Below are positions 21,071 to 29,483 of a DNA stretch of 64,000 nt, one piece after another. The stretch is from Fibrobacteria bacterium (lineage in GTDB: Bacteria > Fibrobacterota > Fibrobacteria > UBA11236): NCBI GenBank assembly GCA_041746255.1, contig JBGTHM010000005.1:1-64000 (forward strand), in the 5' to 3' direction. Made by a program: the position numbers and the translations under genes. Position 1 is the stretch's first letter; each line of letters opens with the position of its first letter. A model generated the notes under the pieces. It saw only the letters and a program-made list of their open reading frames with translations, was not told the origin of the DNA and ran no database searches.

Positions 21071-21567
21071 AGGCCGACGGCCGACATGCCGGCGAGCAGC
21101 TGAGGCTGAGGCTGAGGCTGCCTCTGCCCATTCTCCCTGGAATTCTTTTCCCAAGTCGCCAAAACCTCGACCTCATAATTTAGTGTTGCGCTGTGTTGTG
21201 TCCCAGGACTCCAAGTAAAGCCCCCGGTGACCGGATCCAATTCCAATACCGTTCCGGTAGGATCCTCCAAGCCACTCCCCCTCAAGCCACCGGTTTCCCG
21301 CAGTTTCAACTCCTTGATAAGGAATTTTCCGGACTGCTCCGAAAAAGCAAGCGGGTCATCCAATTTAAACGAAACCGAAAAATCGGGGAGATTATTGCTG
21401 ATTCGCAATCTGGCGATGGGAATATCCCGTCCCCCTAGACGGAAATCAATTCCGGAAATCGAAACGACATCCACCCTATTAATAATAGGGATGCTTCCTC
21501 CCACCTGCATGGAAGCGGGCAGAACGATGGAAATCAGTATAGTCAGCAACGCAAGTGCTTTAAACAT
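21067..21567 (-). CDS. Secreted pilin-like subunit paralog (inverted copy)
   Basis: Signal peptide; shares GG.I..IN, IA....NN...F...F and G.F.W.P..Q..AT.NY.V...A.W with 22313 and 23009. Confidence 0.65.
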   Translation of the reverse strand: MFKALALLTILISIVLPASMQVGGSIPIINRVDVVSISGIDFRLGGRDIPIARLRISNNLPDFSVSFKLDDPLAFSEQSGKFLIKELKLRETGGLRGSGLEDPTGTVLELDPVTGGFTWSPGTQHSATLNYEVEVLATWEKNSRENGQRQPQPQPQLLAGMSAVGL

Positions 21568-22221
21568 GGTATAAGCCTTTCAAGTTTTTGAGGTACTCCG
21601 AGAGGCCGAATCCGTGACCGGAAACCACTCCGCTTATTCCCGCGAATTTCAGCAATTTTGCGAGGCTCGCCGAAAATCGCTTTAGGAATTAAGGAGCTTC
21701 GCTAAAAATAGCTGCTTCACAAATACCCACAAGGGCTAAAATCTTCCCGCAATTCTTAAAACTCCCCTATGCGTATGGGATGGCCGTCGGAAATCCTTTG
21801 GAGACAATCGATTAGGGGATGGGATTACGGGTAATGACGCGCTGGAGGTAAGCTGAATATTTCGGGATCGAAGCTGCGAAAACCCCGGTAACGTACCTCC
21901 CCAGCCCAGGCCCAGCGCCCGGGAAGGGCTCTACGGCGGCCTGCGGACGGAAAGCGCCTACGTAACATCAATGTTTACATCAGGGTTTACGATAATGCTG
22001 GGATTAAGTTGGGTGCTTCGAATACATGGCGATAATTTTTTCAATACCATCGTACATAGTGCATGTAATTTAGCCCCATGTATATGGGAAGATCCTCAAG
22101 AAGGCCCAATTCTATTTGGACACCTGAATAGACCATGCAAATTTTCTTTGCAAAACCGGATCCACCCTCTACAATGGTTGTAGATGTCGGATGTCTTTTG
22201 GATGGACCCAGGATTTAATGC

Positions 22222-22249
22222 TCAAGATCAAAAAAAAGACGGTCGATAT
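22222..22249 (+). promoter_or_regulatory. Sigma28 (FliA)-type promoter of the putative major subunit gene
   Basis: TCAAG-N15-GTCGATAT; same -10 box and spacing as the promoter of the flgM-like gene; consensus TAAA-N15-GCCGATAA. Confidence 0.7.
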
Positions 22250-22312
22250 TGTAAACAAGAACGCCCGTATGGGCTTCGAGAATCAAGAGCAACGTTCACA
22301 AGGAGGTACTAA

Positions 22313-22855
22313 ATGAAACTTATCAATAAAATTAAATCGGGACTCGCTGTCGCCGTACTGTCTACAGGCCTGTCCTACGGTCTCGATGTGACCATGGGTG
22401 GCAACATTCAAACCATTAACTCGATAACGGGAAATGGTGAAATGGGCCTGGATTTCACTTCGCCGGCTACGGATTTTCGTATCGCAACGTTTGTGGTCAA
22501 TAATAACACCTCATCGTTCGATCTTTCCTTCGACCTTAACCATGCAACGGCCATTTTCAACAATGCCACCCATGGAGGCATCGCCATGACCGATGTTTAC
22601 GTGGATAAACTTACGGCGTTCGGCGCTCCCAATGGTGTTCTGGATCCCTTGGTTGCGAGTGGCGCCTCCGGCCCCACCAATTCGAACCTGAAGGTTGTAT
22701 GGGACGCCGCCGGCGTGTGGACATGGGATCCGGTTGACCAAACTGCCGCCACCGTGAACGGACAGCTGGGATTATACGCTTCCTGGGCAGCTTCCGACAA
22801 ATTGGCCGGCTTATATACTGCCGTCGTCACCTGCATATTGACCCCGACCCTTTAA
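22313..22855 (+). CDS. Putative major subunit of a chaperone-usher filament
   Basis: Strong AAGGAGG RBS, signal peptide, beta-rich 180 aa, C-terminal AGLYTAVVTCIL strand, own terminator, upstream of chaperone and usher genes. Confidence 0.7.
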   Translation: MKLINKIKSGLAVAVLSTGLSYGLDVTMGGNIQTINSITGNGEMGLDFTSPATDFRIATFVVNNNTSSFDLSFDLNHATAIFNNATHGGIAMTDVYVDKLTAFGAPNGVLDPLVASGASGPTNSNLKVVWDAAGVWTWDPVDQTAATVNGQLGLYASWAASDKLAGLYTAVVTCILTPTL

Positions 22856-22890
22856 TTGGGGGCCGGTTCTTCTTTAGCGGTTACATAGCC

Positions 22891-22922
22891 AAAAAAGAAG
22901 GGAGGCAACTCCCTTCTTTTTT
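22891..22922. terminator. Intrinsic (bidirectional-type) terminator after the major subunit gene
   Basis: AAAAAAGAAGGGAG-GCAA-CTCCCTTCTTTTTT. Confidence 0.9.
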
Positions 22923-23008
22923 AGTTTTACCGCTTGAATGAAAGCATTTCGCCATGCTAAACTCATTTATCCTTTACCGGAAAGGAATTCTGTAAAGCAG
23001 GCCGAATC

Positions 23009-23551
23009 ATGCCCTATTCCTCTCGAAGCATACCTCCGAATAGGCCAATGTCGGTTTGGAAGGTAGGGTCGATAGTGCTGGGATGGACGCTATTGCTCAC
23101 CCCACCCAAGGTCCTTGCAGGGGTAGGAGACTTACCCGTTATCAACTCATTGCAGGCAATCGGCACCATGGGCCACAACTTCAACCAAGCGGGAAGCAGC
23201 GTTCAAGTCGCAATATTCATGATAAACAATAATCACGCAAATGGTTTCGACATCACTTTTACCTTTGCGAACAGGGGAAAGTTCATTCATGGAGCCAACG
23301 AAATCGCCATGACTTCCATATTACTCGACAAAATGGGAATAGGCACCTTGGGAAACGGGCTGACAGAGCCAAATAATACCGTAGTAACCTTGGACGGAGC
23401 AGGCTCGTGGCTGTGGAACCCCGGCGCCACCCAGACCACAGAGACAAGCAATTACCATGTGCAGCTGAAGGCCAGTTGGCACCATCCTTCCGGCATTCTG
23501 GCAGGCTATTATTATGAAACCGTCAGCGCCACCATATCCATTGGGTTGTAA
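23009..23551 (+). CDS. Putative minor subunit paralog of the chaperone-usher filament
   Basis: Signal peptide; VAIFMINNN..GFDITF, GSWLWNPG.TQT.ETSNY..QLKASW, AGYYYETVSATI; start may be 23048. Confidence 0.7.
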   Translation: MPYSSRSIPPNRPMSVWKVGSIVLGWTLLLTPPKVLAGVGDLPVINSLQAIGTMGHNFNQAGSSVQVAIFMINNNHANGFDITFTFANRGKFIHGANEIAMTSILLDKMGIGTLGNGLTEPNNTVVTLDGAGSWLWNPGATQTTETSNYHVQLKASWHHPSGILAGYYYETVSATISIGL

Positions 23552-23603
23552 GTCATAACTCGCCATTTTTTTGCATGCAACTTGAATTAAACCAGGAGAA
23601 AAG

Positions 23604-24449
23604 ATGATTTCCGTAACCCGGTGCAATGCCCTCGCCATCCTGTCACTTTCGCTGCTGCTACCGGTTCCTAATGCCTATGGAGCTGGGTTCTCCCTGAATC
23701 CCTGGATCATTTTCCTGGAGCCGGATAAAAATAAATTGAGTCACGAACTTATCCTCACCCACGACGCAGGCGACAATTCCGACCTGGGAGCCGGCCCCCG
23801 GGTCCAAGGTCCCCTAGTTGCCCAACCCGTCCCTGTGGAGCTAAAAGTCGTACAGCGGGAGGTAGACATTGAGGGAATGGTCAGGAATAATCTGGACCAG
23901 ATTTCCACCGATTTTGTGGTCTTCCCTTCTCAAATCATCCTCTATCCCGGCGATATCCAAAAGGTGCAATTGCAATGGGTGGGCACTTCACTTCCTTTAT
24001 TTGAAACATCCTATGGATTGATAGCCGAGCAAATCCCGGTGGGAATTCCGGATGCAGGCGGCGCCCCGGTGCGTGGGGGTGTGAACATCATGGTCCGCTA
24101 TGAAGCTATTGTGGTCGTAACACCCAAAGGGGCCACACCCGCAGTCGTGGTAGATACGGCTTATGCTCTAAAAGGGCAAAATGGCTCGGACAGTTTATTC
24201 CTTTTATTTTCCAACCCCGGAACCGGGAGACAATCCCTGGGAGAATGCCACCTCGCTTTGACACCCCGCGATGCCGCCGGCAAGCTGGTGCTTAGGAACA
24301 ATGTGAAGGTTTCCCTCACAGCGGAGGAGTTTCCCATACTGAAACAAGCCTTGTTCGCGCGTGGTAAACGACGCCTGGTTATACCCTGGCCTAAAAATCT
24401 GCCGATTGGTCAGGTTGCCGCCACCTTGGCATGCCCATCGGCAAAATAA
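23604..24449 (+). CDS. PapD-like periplasmic pilus chaperone
   Basis: Signal peptide; FSLNP..I, DFVVFPSQIILYPGD.QKV...W, E.SY.LIAEQIP and NPGTG motifs; AGGAG RBS. Confidence 0.8.
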   Translation: MISVTRCNALAILSLSLLLPVPNAYGAGFSLNPWIIFLEPDKNKLSHELILTHDAGDNSDLGAGPRVQGPLVAQPVPVELKVVQREVDIEGMVRNNLDQISTDFVVFPSQIILYPGDIQKVQLQWVGTSLPLFETSYGLIAEQIPVGIPDAGGAPVRGGVNIMVRYEAIVVVTPKGATPAVVVDTAYALKGQNGSDSLFLLFSNPGTGRQSLGECHLALTPRDAAGKLVLRNNVKVSLTAEEFPILKQALFARGKRRLVIPWPKNLPIGQVAATLACPSAK

Positions 24450-24575
24450 AATGTCCCTCTCTTCCTTCCACCGATTGGAAGGTCAAGTTATCTCTCCGTT
24501 CCTTGCATCACTTTTAAAATAATGCTAGGCTCAATGCATGAGATTTTAATGTTTTTGGTATAGTTTGGGAGTGTG

Positions 24576-24600
24576 CCGGATAACCTTGTCGCTTATCCGG
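24576..24600. repeat. REP-like palindrome between chaperone and usher genes
   Basis: CCGGATAA-N9-TTATCCGG. Confidence 0.5.
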
Positions 24601-24649
24601 TTGGGAGGGCTCATCGATCCCGAACCGTGACTCCAGCCTAAAGAACCCT

Positions 24650-27600
24650 ATGCTGTTTTCCTACCGAAAAAAAGGTCTTTTTTTTCCTTTCACCGGGAAA
24701 TTTTCGGGCATCCTGACACCTTTGCTCATGGTAGGATTTTTGGCTACGAAGCCCGCCCTGCCCCAAGCGGTGGAGGACTTGTTGCAAACAAATCCCCATC
24801 TTGAATCCCAACAGCCGGAAAAAGAAGTTCGCCCTGCAAATATTCGAAAGCCAGCTGCCACTACAACGCCCAAGGCGGAAAAACCACAGGTCGACACTCG
24901 CACAGTAGCCTTGGATAATGGGTTTAACGCCTACCTGGTGGTGAATGGAAGCGCCAAGGATGTTGTGCGCGCTATTACCGGCCCTGAAGTCGGTTCCGAC
25001 ACTCTTTTTCCATCAGGGCAACTTCTGGTTTATCTGTCCCAAATGATGAAACCCGAGAATATCGCCCAATTGGAATCGCTTTCCACTCCGGATAATTGGA
25101 TAAAGCAACAGGATTTACGGGCCATGGGCATTACCGTCAAGTACAATGAGGCCGGCGGCGAGATTTCCCTCTCTGTGCCCTCCAAATATATTTCACCCAG
25201 GCAGACTGCCGCTCCAGATACCACGACGGATCCATCTGCCGCCCCTCAAACCAAGACCTACGCTTTTTCCAAAACCCGCGAAGAACTATTTCGTGAAATT
25301 TTCAAGAGTGAACCTCCACCTCTGCCCGATCGAATTGAGGTTACCCTCAACCTCAACGAACGGAATCTAGGCAAGGTTTGGGTTCGCATACAGAAAAATG
25401 GCGTAGATTATTCCTTTCCCACAACTCCCCTGATGGAAATAATGGCGGAATCCCTCCAGGCCGAAACCGTGCGCGAGTTGGAGGAAAAATTGGATCATTC
25501 CGATACCTTGACTTCGCAATTGTTACGCAGTTGCGGAATTCTTTCGGAATTCAACCTCGCACAATTCACCTTGAACGTGACGATCCCTTCGAACTTGCTG
25601 GCTGTACAAACTCATATGCTCACACCGCAGAGGATCGCCCCCAACCCCTTAACCACCTTGAACCCCAGTATACTTTCCGCATATGTGAACTTCAGGTTGA
25701 ATGAAAGATTTCAGTATTTGCAGAATTCTCCCCGGTCGATTGATACCGGCTTTTTTAGCCAAGGGCAGCTGGTCAGAGCCAATGACCAGTCTCGTCAACC
25801 CTTGCTGGTGCAATTGGATGGAGCGATTAATTACCATGGCGCTGTTTTGGAAGGTGAAGTACTCGCTCAGGAAGACACCGACAATAAAATTTTCGTATGG
25901 GAAAGAAAACCTACCCGCCTGGTATATGATTTTCATCGGCATGCCATTCGATCCATGGCAGGTGATGTCTTATTCCCCACCGCAGGATATCAGCGCTTTC
26001 TCCCCATGGGGGGGGTGGGATTCGCTCGCAATTTCAGCTTGAAGCCCCATGAAATCGCCTATCCTACTGAGCAATACGAATTTTATCTCGAAAACCAGGC
26101 AGAAGTGAAAATCTTTGTAAACGGACAGTTGGTACGCACTCTCTTTTTGAATCCGGGTTCGCATAATCTCAAGGGTATTCCCCTTCTGGCCGGTGAAAGC
26201 GACGTCAATATTTTAATTCGGGATATCAGCGGAAGGGAACAGAAAATGGCATTCTCCACCATTTTTGAACCCTCCTTATTGGCTCCCGGTCGTAGCCTTT
26301 TCTCATACAATCTCGGCTTCCCCTCCCGCAGGCCACATATTTCTGATCCCATTAGAGGAAATGAAGCCGTATTCCTGCATTACGTCTATGAATATGAAAA
26401 CCCCATATTTTCCTTTTTTCACAAGCAGGGATGGACGAACTTCCGCACAGTGGGAGTCTATGGCCAAGTGGGCCCAAAAGAAGGCCTGTTGGGAATGGAA
26501 GGACTCCAGGCGTTGAAAATCGGGAATGCACATCTCGATGTGGCAGGACTATTCGACTCATCCTCCTCATTTGAATTTGCGGGACGATTGGCCTATACCC
26601 GTGTTCCCAAACAGCAACCTGGCGTGGCGCGCACGAAAAAGCTCACTTGGCGCGGAGAAGTTGAATTCTTATCCCGCGGTTTTTCTCCTTTTCACCCTGA
26701 GAATGCTCTCCAGGAAGCCCTGAATTTTACCGGCTTTATGACTTTACCTTATGAGAAAGTCAATGCGAATATCGGTGGCGGCTACTCTTTCCGATATGAC
26801 ACCAGCGGCCTGTACAACATTACGCTTAACCTCAATAAACAATGGAAGAATCGCCTATTAAGCGCGCTTTCGCTCCGATATTACCTGGATAATACTGGAA
26901 TATCCAATACCTCCATTTCAGCCCGCCTCAGTTATTCTTTCTGGAATGAAAATCACGGATTTATCGCCAATCACCGTTCGCAGTCGCATCGGTATGACGT
27001 TTACAACGGTACGGAACCGCGCCAATGGGACAATTACTCCGATATAGCTTGGGAGTATAATACCAGCACACCCTTTCCCATCAATCCCACCGCCTCGACC
27101 GGCTTGAGCTTCAGCCCCGAGACGAATGACTTTGAAGGTCGCCTGGGATTCCGCGCCAATGAAGGACTGGCAGACATTGTGGTACGACGATTGGAACCCA
27201 CGGCCATTTCCACTCAGCGCTTCCATCAAAATTACGCCGAGCTTACCTTAAGAAACGCCTTGGTTTTTGCCGATGGAAGATTCGCCTTGTCGCGTCCCGT
27301 CAACGGCGGCTTCCTTATGGTAAAAGGCATTAAAAGCCATCGCCATTCCGACGTAATGGTCAACCCCAACCAAATCGGGTATGATGCCAAAAGCAACCGC
27401 CTCAATGCTGGAGTACTTCCCAATCTTTCCGCATATAATCTAAAAAACGTGCGATTGGAACCGATAAACCCACCCCTCGGCGCCGGCTTACCGAAGACCG
27501 ATTTTATCCTGTATCCGACCTATAAAGCCGGTTATGCCATTCTGTTGGGCGTGGAAGCGACTACGGTAGCCACCGGAACATTGGTGCAACCGGATGGAGA

Positions 27601-27832
27601 GCCCGTTAAGCACAAGGTTATAAACGTCACTTATCTTGGAGACAAAGATAAGGAAATTATTACAAGTTTTACAAATACGGCGGGTCGTTTCCAATTACCC
27701 TCACTTGTGGCGGGCCGCTACCGCATACAGGTATCAGGACATTCTGATTGGGAACCGGTGGAATTTGAAATTCCGGCCGGAACCGAAGGGCTCCACCTAT
27801 TAGGGGTTTTGGCTATTAAGAGCCGACCTTAG
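24650..27832 (+). CDS. Fimbrial outer-membrane usher protein
   Basis: SAYVNF, RLVYD, GDV...T.GYQ....MGGVG..RNF, V.IFVNG......L.PG, G...V.I.IRD.SG, LLAPG...FSY..G, ALSRPV..GF and FTN.AGRF motifs. Confidence 0.88.
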   Translation: MLFSYRKKGLFFPFTGKFSGILTPLLMVGFLATKPALPQAVEDLLQTNPHLESQQPEKEVRPANIRKPAATTTPKAEKPQVDTRTVALDNGFNAYLVVNGSAKDVVRAITGPEVGSDTLFPSGQLLVYLSQMMKPENIAQLESLSTPDNWIKQQDLRAMGITVKYNEAGGEISLSVPSKYISPRQTAAPDTTTDPSAAPQTKTYAFSKTREELFREIFKSEPPPLPDRIEVTLNLNERNLGKVWVRIQKNGVDYSFPTTPLMEIMAESLQAETVRELEEKLDHSDTLTSQLLRSCGILSEFNLAQFTLNVTIPSNLLAVQTHMLTPQRIAPNPLTTLNPSILSAYVNFRLNERFQYLQNSPRSIDTGFFSQGQLVRANDQSRQPLLVQLDGAINYHGAVLEGEVLAQEDTDNKIFVWERKPTRLVYDFHRHAIRSMAGDVLFPTAGYQRFLPMGGVGFARNFSLKPHEIAYPTEQYEFYLENQAEVKIFVNGQLVRTLFLNPGSHNLKGIPLLAGESDVNILIRDISGREQKMAFSTIFEPSLLAPGRSLFSYNLGFPSRRPHISDPIRGNEAVFLHYVYEYENPIFSFFHKQGWTNFRTVGVYGQVGPKEGLLGMEGLQALKIGNAHLDVAGLFDSSSSFEFAGRLAYTRVPKQQPGVARTKKLTWRGEVEFLSRGFSPFHPENALQEALNFTGFMTLPYEKVNANIGGGYSFRYDTSGLYNITLNLNKQWKNRLLSALSLRYYLDNTGISNTSISARLSYSFWNENHGFIANHRSQSHRYDVYNGTEPRQWDNYSDIAWEYNTSTPFPINPTASTGLSFSPETNDFEGRLGFRANEGLADIVVRRLEPTAISTQRFHQNYAELTLRNALVFADGRFALSRPVNGGFLMVKGIKSHRHSDVMVNPNQIGYDAKSNRLNAGVLPNLSAYNLKNVRLEPINPPLGAGLPKTDFILYPTYKAGYAILLGVEATTVATGTLVQPDGEPVKHKVINVTYLGDKDKEIITSFTNTAGRFQLPSLVAGRYRIQVSGHSDWEPVEFEIPAGTEGLHLLGVLAIKSRP

Positions 27833-27984
27833 AGGCCGGGCCTAAAATCGACTCACAACCATAAACCCGCCGGTATGTCCAGAAATCAATCAGGTTTTCA
27901 GCTCAATTTCGGTGCTAAACTATGGTATTTTCAAAACTTAGTGGTTTTTACGGTAATATTCACCCCACAATTTCGATTTTCAGG

Positions 27985-28012
27985 TTAAGCCCCCCCATTT
28001 TCAAGTCGATAT
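27985..28012 (+). promoter_or_regulatory. Sigma28 (FliA)-type promoter of the flgM-like gene
   Basis: TTAAG-N15-GTCGATAT, ending about 70 bp upstream of ATG 28081. Confidence 0.78.
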
Positions 28013-28080
28013 ACTAATAGCACACAGTGGAGTGGAGGCGACCGCATGAAGTGGTCAAGCCCGAACCAGGGTGGGTAATT

Positions 28081-28368
28081 ATGAAAACAGAAATAGTATC
28101 ACAACTGGCCCATATTCTCAGGCAGGAGCTGAACCCCAAGGACCCTAAGGACTTGAAGGTGAGGAAACCTGTTGATTTCCCCAAGGATGCGGTGGAAATC
28201 AGCAAGTCGACAGAGGCCTTGCTGGTGGCGACCCAGAACGATCTCGAGAAGGAGCAGCAATTCAAGGTGGAACGCCTTAAATCCCTGGTCCAAAGTAATG
28301 GCTACCACCTGGACGACTCTACCATCGAGAATATCGCCGGACGGATTGCTAAAAGCTTATTGATGTAA
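28081..28368 (+). CDS. flgM: FlgM-like anti-sigma28 factor
   Basis: 95 aa; DAVEISK motif and KVERLKSLVQSNGYHLD...IAGRI C-terminus match the FlgM pattern; sigma28-type promoter upstream. Confidence 0.72.
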   Translation: MKTEIVSQLAHILRQELNPKDPKDLKVRKPVDFPKDAVEISKSTEALLVATQNDLEKEQQFKVERLKSLVQSNGYHLDDSTIENIAGRIAKSLLM

Positions 28369-28390
28369 TCCTTGAATCCACCCCCTGTCG

Positions 28391-28425
28391 GCGGGTATAA
28401 TTAGGTTCACATCAATTATACCCGC
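28391..28425. terminator. Inverted repeat downstream of the flgM-like gene (terminator or operator)
   Basis: GCGGGTATAATT-N11-AATTATACCCGC, 12-bp perfect stem, no clear U-tract. Confidence 0.5.
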
Positions 28426-28517
28426 GCAACGGATTTCGCTTGCGGAAACCGGCTCCAATCCCCCGATTCGAGCCGGTTTTTTTATTTTACTCCCCCGATG
28501 CGCCACTTAACCTCACC

Positions 28518-29483
28518 ATGTTGATTCCCCTGCTCGACCCAAATATCCAACCTTTGGAGCGGGCGGCCGCCGCCCTCCGGGCGGGGAAACTGGTAGCCTT
28601 TCCCACCGAAACGGTCTATGGCCTGGGAGCGGATGCCTTCAATCCCCTGGCATTGGCCCAGGTGTTCGCCGTCAAGCAACGACCCCATTTCGATCCGCTT
28701 ATCGTGCATGTGGGAGAAAGGGACTGGCTGGTTAAACTGTGCCGGGATATACCTCCCATTGCGGAGCGTTTGATGGACCGATTTTGGCCCGGCCCTCTCA
28801 CCCTGGTATTGCCCAAACTCCCTGCGGTGCCCGACCTCGCTACGTCGGGCTTGGCGTCGGTAGCCGTGCGCATGCCCTCCCATCCCGTGGCCCTGGAACT
28901 AATTCGTCTGGCCGGATGTCCCGTTGCCGCCCCCAGCGCCAACCCCTTTGGACGCCTAAGCCCCACCCGCGCGGAGCATGTGCAGGCGGCCTTCTCGGAG
29001 GGCATTGAATATATCGTCGATGGAGGCCCCTGTGAAGTCGGTGTCGAGTCGACGGTATTGTCGCTTACCGGCGAGATCCCATTTTTACTCCGTGCCGGAG
29101 GGGTTTCCCTCGAAGCCTTGGAAGCCGTAATGGGGCCGGTACAAAAAGCCGGTAGCGCCCTTGTCCCCGAAGCGCCTGGGCAACTGGCCCATCATTATAT
29201 GCCCCGCACTCCTATGGAACTTGTTCCCATGGGAAATCCTCCGCCTATTCCGGTGGGACGATGCGGTTATCTGGCCTTCCGGACCAAACCCTCTGATGCG
29301 GGATTCGCCCAAGTCGAAGTGCTTTCGCCGAGTGGAAACTTGACTGAAGCCGCAGCCGAATTATTTTCCGCCCTGCATCGATTGGACCGAGCCGGTTTGG
29401 AGAGGGTGTATGCGGAGGCGGTGCCTCCGCAGGGGCTGGGTTTGGCCATTATGGACCGGTTACAGAAAGCATCGCACGGTTAA
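28518..29483 (+). CDS. sua5: L-threonylcarbamoyladenylate synthase (Sua5 type)
   Basis: VAFPTETVYGLGA, K.RP..DPLIVH, FWPGPLT, AAPSAN, GVESTV, APGQL..HY.P, plus SUA5 C-terminal domain. Confidence 0.95.
   Translation: MLIPLLDPNIQPLERAAAALRAGKLVAFPTETVYGLGADAFNPLALAQVFAVKQRPHFDPLIVHVGERDWLVKLCRDIPPIAERLMDRFWPGPLTLVLPKLPAVPDLATSGLASVAVRMPSHPVALELIRLAGCPVAAPSANPFGRLSPTRAEHVQAAFSEGIEYIVDGGPCEVGVESTVLSLTGEIPFLLRAGGVSLEALEAVMGPVQKAGSALVPEAPGQLAHHYMPRTPMELVPMGNPPPIPVGRCGYLAFRTKPSDAGFAQVEVLSPSGNLTEAAAELFSALHRLDRAGLERVYAEAVPPQGLGLAIMDRLQKASHG

Noticed and set aside
21600..21700. c-di-GMP-I riboswitch ahead of the inverted subunit gene
   Set aside because: Only a CGCAAA fragment matches; the GGCAAAC/GAAA P2 elements are not present
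21905..21945. SRP (4.5S) RNA suggested by a GCCC-GGGAA-GGGC hairpin
   Set aside because: Lacks the conserved CAGG...GGAA...AGCAG internal-loop motif
21971..22183. 70-aa ORF in the pilus control region
   Set aside because: No RBS or motif, and it overlaps the dyad-rich regulatory sequence
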